This document shows, in pieces, positions 58,984 to 64,000 of a stretch of DNA of 64,000 nucleotides. Under the pieces are notes generated by a model. The model saw nothing but the letters and a program-made list of their open reading frames with translations, was not told where the DNA came from and did no database searches. The DNA lies in NCBI GenBank assembly GCA_044229145.1, contig JBGATO010000006.1, positions 23,872 to 87,871 of the forward strand, given 5' to 3'. Position numbers and translations under genes: made by a program. Origin of the DNA: Candidatus Eiseniibacteriota bacterium (GTDB lineage: Bacteria; Eisenbacteria; RBG-16-71-46; CAZEPH01). The stretch's first letter is position 1. Every line of letters starts with the position of its first letter.

Positions 58984-59400
58984 TTACTCTCCCTGCTCGC
59001 GCGTCACGAAGCGCGTCTTGATCGGCAGCTTGTGCGCGGCGAGCAGCATCGCCTTGCGCGCCAGTTCCTCGGAGATGCCCTCGAGCTCGAACATCACGCG
59101 CCCAGGCTTCACCACGGCGACCCAGAACTCCGGGTTACCCTTACCCTTACCCATACGGGTTTCCGCCGGCTTCTGCGTCACCGGCTTGTCCGGGAAGATG
59201 CGGATCCACATCTTGCCGCCGCGCTTGATGGTACGCGTCATCGCGACACGCGCCGCCTCGATCTGGCGGTTGGTGATCCACGCCGGCTCGAGCGCCATCA
59301 GGCCGAACTCGCCGAACGCCACGGTGGCGCCGCGGGTGGCCGTGCCGCGCATGTTGCCGCGCTGCTGCTTACGGTGCTTTACTCGCTTGGGAAGTAGCAT
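58984..59400 (-). CDS. rplP: 50S ribosomal protein L16
   Basis: [22 protein letters not shown]. Confidence 0.98.
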   Translation of the reverse strand: MLLPKRVKHRKQQRGNMRGTATRGATVAFGEFGLMALEPAWITNRQIEAARVAMTRTIKRGGKMWIRIFPDKPVTQKPAETRMGKGKGNPEFWVAVVKPGRVMFELEGISEELARKAMLLAAHKLPIKTRFVTREQGE

Positions 59401-59463
59401 CGATTCTCCAACGCGCGAGCCTCGGCATCACGCCGGCCCGCTGTTCTTCGCGATGTCGCCGCT

Positions 59464-60126
59464 CTAGGCGAACGCCGCTTCCGTCGTGACGCTCGGCTTG
59501 TTCTCGATCACTTCGCCGTGGAAGATCCACACCTTGACGCCGATCGTGCCGTACGTCGTCACCGCGGTCGACTGCGCGAAGTCCACGTTGGCGCGCAGCG
59601 TGTGCAGCGGCACGCGGCCTTCACGGTAGGTCTCGGTGCGGGCCATTTCCGCACCGCCGAGACGGCCGGAGCAGGTGATCTTCATCCCGAGCGCGCCACC
59701 GCGCATCGCCGAGGCGATCGCCTTCTTCATCGCGCGACGGAAGCCGATACGCTGCTCGAGCTGGCGGGCGACGTGGTCGCCGACCAACTGGGCGTCGGTG
59801 TCGGGCTTCTTGATCTCGTCGATGTTGAGGTAGATCTCCTTGCGCGTGATGTGCTGGAGCTCGTCGCGGAGCTGGTCCACCTGCTGGCCCTTACGGCCGA
59901 TGACCAGGCCCGGCTTCGCCGTGTGGATGTTGATCGTCACCCGGTTCGCGGCGCGCTGGATCAGCACCTTCGAGACGTTGGCCTGCGCCAGACGGCTCTT
60001 CAGGTACTTGCGGATGAACAGGTCCTCGCTGAGCAGCGCCGGGTAGTCCCGGCCCGCGTACCAGCGCGAGTCCCACGTCCGAATGATCCCCAGCCGCAAG
60101 CCGACCGGATTAGTTTTCTGCCCCAC
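59464..60126 (-). CDS. rpsC: 30S ribosomal protein S3
   Basis: [32 protein letters not shown]. Confidence 0.98.
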   Translation of the reverse strand: MGQKTNPVGLRLGIIRTWDSRWYAGRDYPALLSEDLFIRKYLKSRLAQANVSKVLIQRAANRVTINIHTAKPGLVIGRKGQQVDQLRDELQHITRKEIYLNIDEIKKPDTDAQLVGDHVARQLEQRIGFRRAMKKAIASAMRGGALGMKITCSGRLGGAEMARTETYREGRVPLHTLRANVDFAQSTAVTTYGTIGVKVWIFHGEVIENKPSVTTEAAFA

Positions 60127-60172
60127 TGAACTCGTCTCCTGTAAGAGCCGTGTTGCCGTCTGCGCGCGCTGC

Positions 60173-60532
60173 CTAGCGCGCGCCCTTCGACGGCTTGATT
60201 TCGTCGCTGACGATGATGGTGATGTGGCACGTCCGCTTGAGCAGCGGCGTCGCCCGACCCTGCGCGCGCGGCAAGAACCGCTTGAGCGTCGGGCCGGCGC
60301 CCACTCGGGCTTCCTTCACCACCAGCATGTCCGGGTCGATGGTGCCGTCCAGGTTCACCGCATTGGCGACCGCGGACTGCAGAATCTTCGAGATGGTCTT
60401 GGCCACCGGACGCGGCGTGAACTTCAGCGTCTGCATCGCGGTCTCGACGTTGCGGCCGCGAATCAGGCCCAGCACCATGTTCGACTTCTGCGTGGAGACC
60501 CGGATGTACCGTTGGGTCGCAAAGGCTTCCAT
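60173..60532 (-). CDS. rplV: 50S ribosomal protein L22
   Basis: SAVANA, GPTLKR..PRAQGRA, KRT.HIT. Confidence 0.97.
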   Translation of the reverse strand: MEAFATQRYIRVSTQKSNMVLGLIRGRNVETAMQTLKFTPRPVAKTISKILQSAVANAVNLDGTIDPDMLVVKEARVGAGPTLKRFLPRAQGRATPLLKRTCHITIIVSDEIKPSKGAR

Positions 60533-60543
60533 CTGAATCTCCC

Positions 60544-60825
60544 TTACTTCGAGCCGCTGGTCTTCTCGGTCGCGCGGTGACCCTTGAACGTACGGGTGGG
60601 CGCGAATTCCCCGAGCTTGTGACCGACCAGGTTTTCCGTCACGTAGACCGGAATGAACTTGTTGCCGTTGTGGACCGCGAAGGTGTGGCCGACGAACTCC
60701 GGCGGAATCGTCGAGCGGCGCGCCCAGGTCTTCACCACGCGCTTCTCGCCGCCGGCGTTCATGCCGTCGACCTTCTGCGTCAGCTTGGCGTCCACGTAGG
60801 GACCCTTCTTCAATGACCGAGCCAT
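60544..60825 (-). CDS. rpsS: 30S ribosomal protein S19
   Basis: [27 protein letters not shown]. Confidence 0.98.
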   Translation of the reverse strand: MARSLKKGPYVDAKLTQKVDGMNAGGEKRVVKTWARRSTIPPEFVGHTFAVHNGNKFIPVYVTENLVGHKLGEFAPTRTFKGHRATEKTSGSK

Positions 60826-60837
60826 GGACGTCTCCTT

Positions 60838-61665
<828 letters not shown>

Positions 61666-61731
61666 TTCGTGCCCTCCAGCAGGCGGCTCACTCGGAGCCC
61701 ACCGCTGCGTCAGCTGTCCTAAAGAGTGGCG

Positions 61732-62022
61732 CTAGATCTGCTCGAAGAGCGGAATCGTCTGACCCTGCTCGAGGGTCACGATGGCCTTCTTCCAGTGCGC
61801 GCGGCGGCCTTCGTACTTTCCTTGGCGCTTCGGCTTGCCGTCGTACACCATGGTGCGAACGTCCTTCACCTTGACCGAGAACACCTGCTCGATGGCCTTG
61901 CGGATCTCGATCTTGTTGGCATCCTTGTGCACGGCGAAGGTGAACTTGTTCTGCGCCTCGCGCTGCACGGTGCCCTTTTCGGTGATGCGGACCTCACCCA
62001 GGATCACTCTCGGGTCGTTCAT
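61732..62022 (-). CDS. rplW: 50S ribosomal protein L23
   Basis: ITEK, ANK.EI..A.E..F.VKV, WKKAIVTL. Confidence 0.97.
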   Translation of the reverse strand: MNDPRVILGEVRITEKGTVQREAQNKFTFAVHKDANKIEIRKAIEQVFSVKVKDVRTMVYDGKPKRQGKYEGRRAHWKKAIVTLEQGQTIPLFEQI

Positions 62023-62648
62023 CCCGCGAACACCTCCGTCATCCGCGACAGACCCTTCTGCGTCACCACGAAGGCGTCGGCGTGCAGGATGTCGTGGGGG
62101 TTGATGCTGTGGGCCACGCAGGACTGCACGGCCTGGATGTTGCGCATCGAGCGGAAGACGTTCGGGTCGAACGCGTCGGTGACGATGAGCGCCTTCTTCC
62201 CGTCGAGACCCATCTTCTTGAGCATCGAGGCGATGTCCTTGGTGCGCGGCTTCTCGAAGGCAAGGCCCTCGAGCACGTACACCTGGCCCTCGGCGGCGCG
62301 CGCGCTCAACGCCGACGTCAGCGCGAGACGCTTCACCTTCTTCGGGATGGTGTACGAGTAGTCACGCGGGCGCGGACCGAAGGCGCGACCACCGCCGTAC
62401 CACAGCGGCGACGTGTTCGTCCCCGAGCGGGCGCGGCCGGTGCCCTTCTGCTTCCACGGCTTGCGACCACCACCGGACATGGTGGACCGCGACTTGACGC
62501 TCGACGTGCCCTGACGCTGGTTGGCGTTGTAGTTCTTGATCGCCTCGTACAGCGCGTGCATGTGGACCGGAGCGTCGAACAGGGCCTCCGGCAGAGTGAC
62601 CTGCGCGGTGGCGTCTCCTGTTTGACTAAAGACCTTGGCTGTCGCCAT
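62019..62648 (-). CDS. rplD: 50S ribosomal protein L4
   Basis: RQGT...K.R, GGGRKPWKQKGTGRAR.G, FGPRPR; GAGGAG before ATG 62648. Confidence 0.97.
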   Translation of the reverse strand: MATAKVFSQTGDATAQVTLPEALFDAPVHMHALYEAIKNYNANQRQGTSSVKSRSTMSGGGRKPWKQKGTGRARSGTNTSPLWYGGGRAFGPRPRDYSYTIPKKVKRLALTSALSARAAEGQVYVLEGLAFEKPRTKDIASMLKKMGLDGKKALIVTDAFDPNVFRSMRNIQAVQSCVAHSINPHDILHADAFVVTQKGLSRMTEVFAG

Positions 62649-62716
62649 GTGGTTCTCCTCGTTACGGCGCGCCGCGACGGGTTGGTCGCGCGCTGCCGTC
62701 ACTTCCGTCGGCCGTC

Positions 62717-63370
62717 TCAGTTCCCGAGGTGCTTCTGCGACTTCTTGCGCTCCGGCACCGGGTGGATCTCGAGGAACGCGTTCCGCGGCCCCGGCACCGA
62801 GCCCACGATCAGCAGCAGACGCTGCTCCGGGTCGACGCTGATCACGGTGAGGTTCTTCACCGTGCGGCGGACGTTCCCCATCTGCCCCGGGAGACGCTTG
62901 CCCTTGATGACGCGCGACGGATACGCCGACGCACCGATCGAACCCGGCTGGTCGTGCGTGGTGCAACCGTGCGTCCGGCGGCCACCGGTGAAGTGGTGGC
63001 GCTTGCGCGTGCCCTGGAAACCACGACCGATCGAAATACCGGCGACATCCACCTTCTTGAAGTCACCGAGCACGCTGACGTCCAGCGTCTGGCCCTTCTC
63101 GTAGCCCGACACGTCGTCCACGCGGAACTCGCGGAGAACGCGAGCCGGTTGCGCGCCTGCCGCCTGGCAGTGCCCCGCCTCCGCCTTGCTGACGGTCTTC
63201 GCGCGGCGCGAGCCGAAACCGAGCTGCAGCGCGGTGTAGCCGTCCTTCTCCTTCGTCTTCACCTGCAGGACGGTGCATGGACCGGCCTCGATGACGGTCA
63301 CGGGCAGCAACGCGCCCTTCTCGTCATAGACCTGGGTCATGCCCACCTTGCGACCGATGATGCCCAGCAT
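62717..63370 (-). CDS. rplC: 50S ribosomal protein L3
   Basis: G.KVGMTQ, PVTVI, DGY.A.Q, PGSIG, GQMG; start ATG 63370. Confidence 0.97.
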   Translation of the reverse strand: MLGIIGRKVGMTQVYDEKGALLPVTVIEAGPCTVLQVKTKEKDGYTALQLGFGSRRAKTVSKAEAGHCQAAGAQPARVLREFRVDDVSGYEKGQTLDVSVLGDFKKVDVAGISIGRGFQGTRKRHHFTGGRRTHGCTTHDQPGSIGASAYPSRVIKGKRLPGQMGNVRRTVKNLTVISVDPEQRLLLIVGSVPGPRNAFLEIHPVPERKKSQKHLGN

Positions 63371-63542
63371 TTCCTCTCCCTTCGTGCGAGTTCCGAGTGG
63401 GAACTCTGCGTCGCTGCCGGCGTGCCGGGCGAACCCGGTGCACCGCGCCACCGTCGACTCGTGCGAGCCTTCGCGTGGCGGGATCGGCACGACGGAGCGG
63501 GTGTCACTCCGCCGTGCGATCCAAGCAGCCGTCCAGATGACT
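63371..63542 (-). ncRNA. Candidate ribosomal-leader-like structured RNA between rpsJ and rplC
   Basis: Three hairpins closed by an outer helix plus a 3' hairpin; UUCG loop and G-U pairs on the mRNA strand. Confidence 0.45.
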
Positions 63543-63851
<309 letters not shown>

Positions 63852-63860
63852 CGTCGCCCC

Positions 63861-64000
63861 TTACTTGATGATCTTGGAAACGACGCCGGCACCGACGGTG
63901 CGGCCACCTTCACGAATCGCGAAGCGGAGACCTTCCTCCATCGCGATCGGCGTGATCAGCTCGATCGACATCTTCACGTTGTCGCCCGGCATCACCATCT
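63861..64000 (-). CDS. tuf: Elongation factor Tu, 3' end (partial)
   Basis: Read manually: [45 protein letters not shown]. Confidence 0.97.
   Translation of the reverse strand, partial: MVMPGDNVKMSIELITPIAMEEGLRFAIREGGRTVGAGVVSKIIK

Overview
Chromosomal window from a very GC-rich (roughly 70% by eye, not computed) diderm bacterium. Three secreted proteins end in FlgD-Ig/T9SS-like C-terminal domains, which suggests Ca. Eisenbacteria or a related FCB-affiliated lineage; this is an unverified inference. The right third (47.0-64.0 kb, minus strand) is the canonical tuf-S10-spc-alpha ribosomal superoperon (tuf 3' end to rplQ). It is followed on the same strand by a tightly packed run: GH10-like, COG0523 GTPase, PAP2, GlpD, lipid kinase, aldehyde dehydrogenase, O-methyltransferase. 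The left two thirds hold a 2-oxoacid:ferredoxin oxidoreductase pair, two tandem near-identical ArsB/NhaD transporters, a 7-heme cytochrome c with a secretion-type C-terminal domain, an OPT transporter that lacks its stop codon, an amino acid decarboxylase, PP2C signalling proteins, two double beta-propeller secreted proteins, a TonB receptor, feoAB, TetR-VOC, tRNA-Asn, UPF0182-DoxX-SirB1, a frameshifted histidine kinase and ispH. I saw no CRISPR array, integrase or transposase. The most interesting observations are the CTD-tagged multiheme cytochrome, a set of long, strongly structured spacers inside the ribosomal operon (380 nt between rpsD and rpoA, a four-way junction between rpsJ and rplC), an apparently AUU/CUA-initiated Gly/Arg-rich S5, and the mosaic transporter duplication with duplicated promoters. 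Start codons were refined by eye, and no database searches were run.
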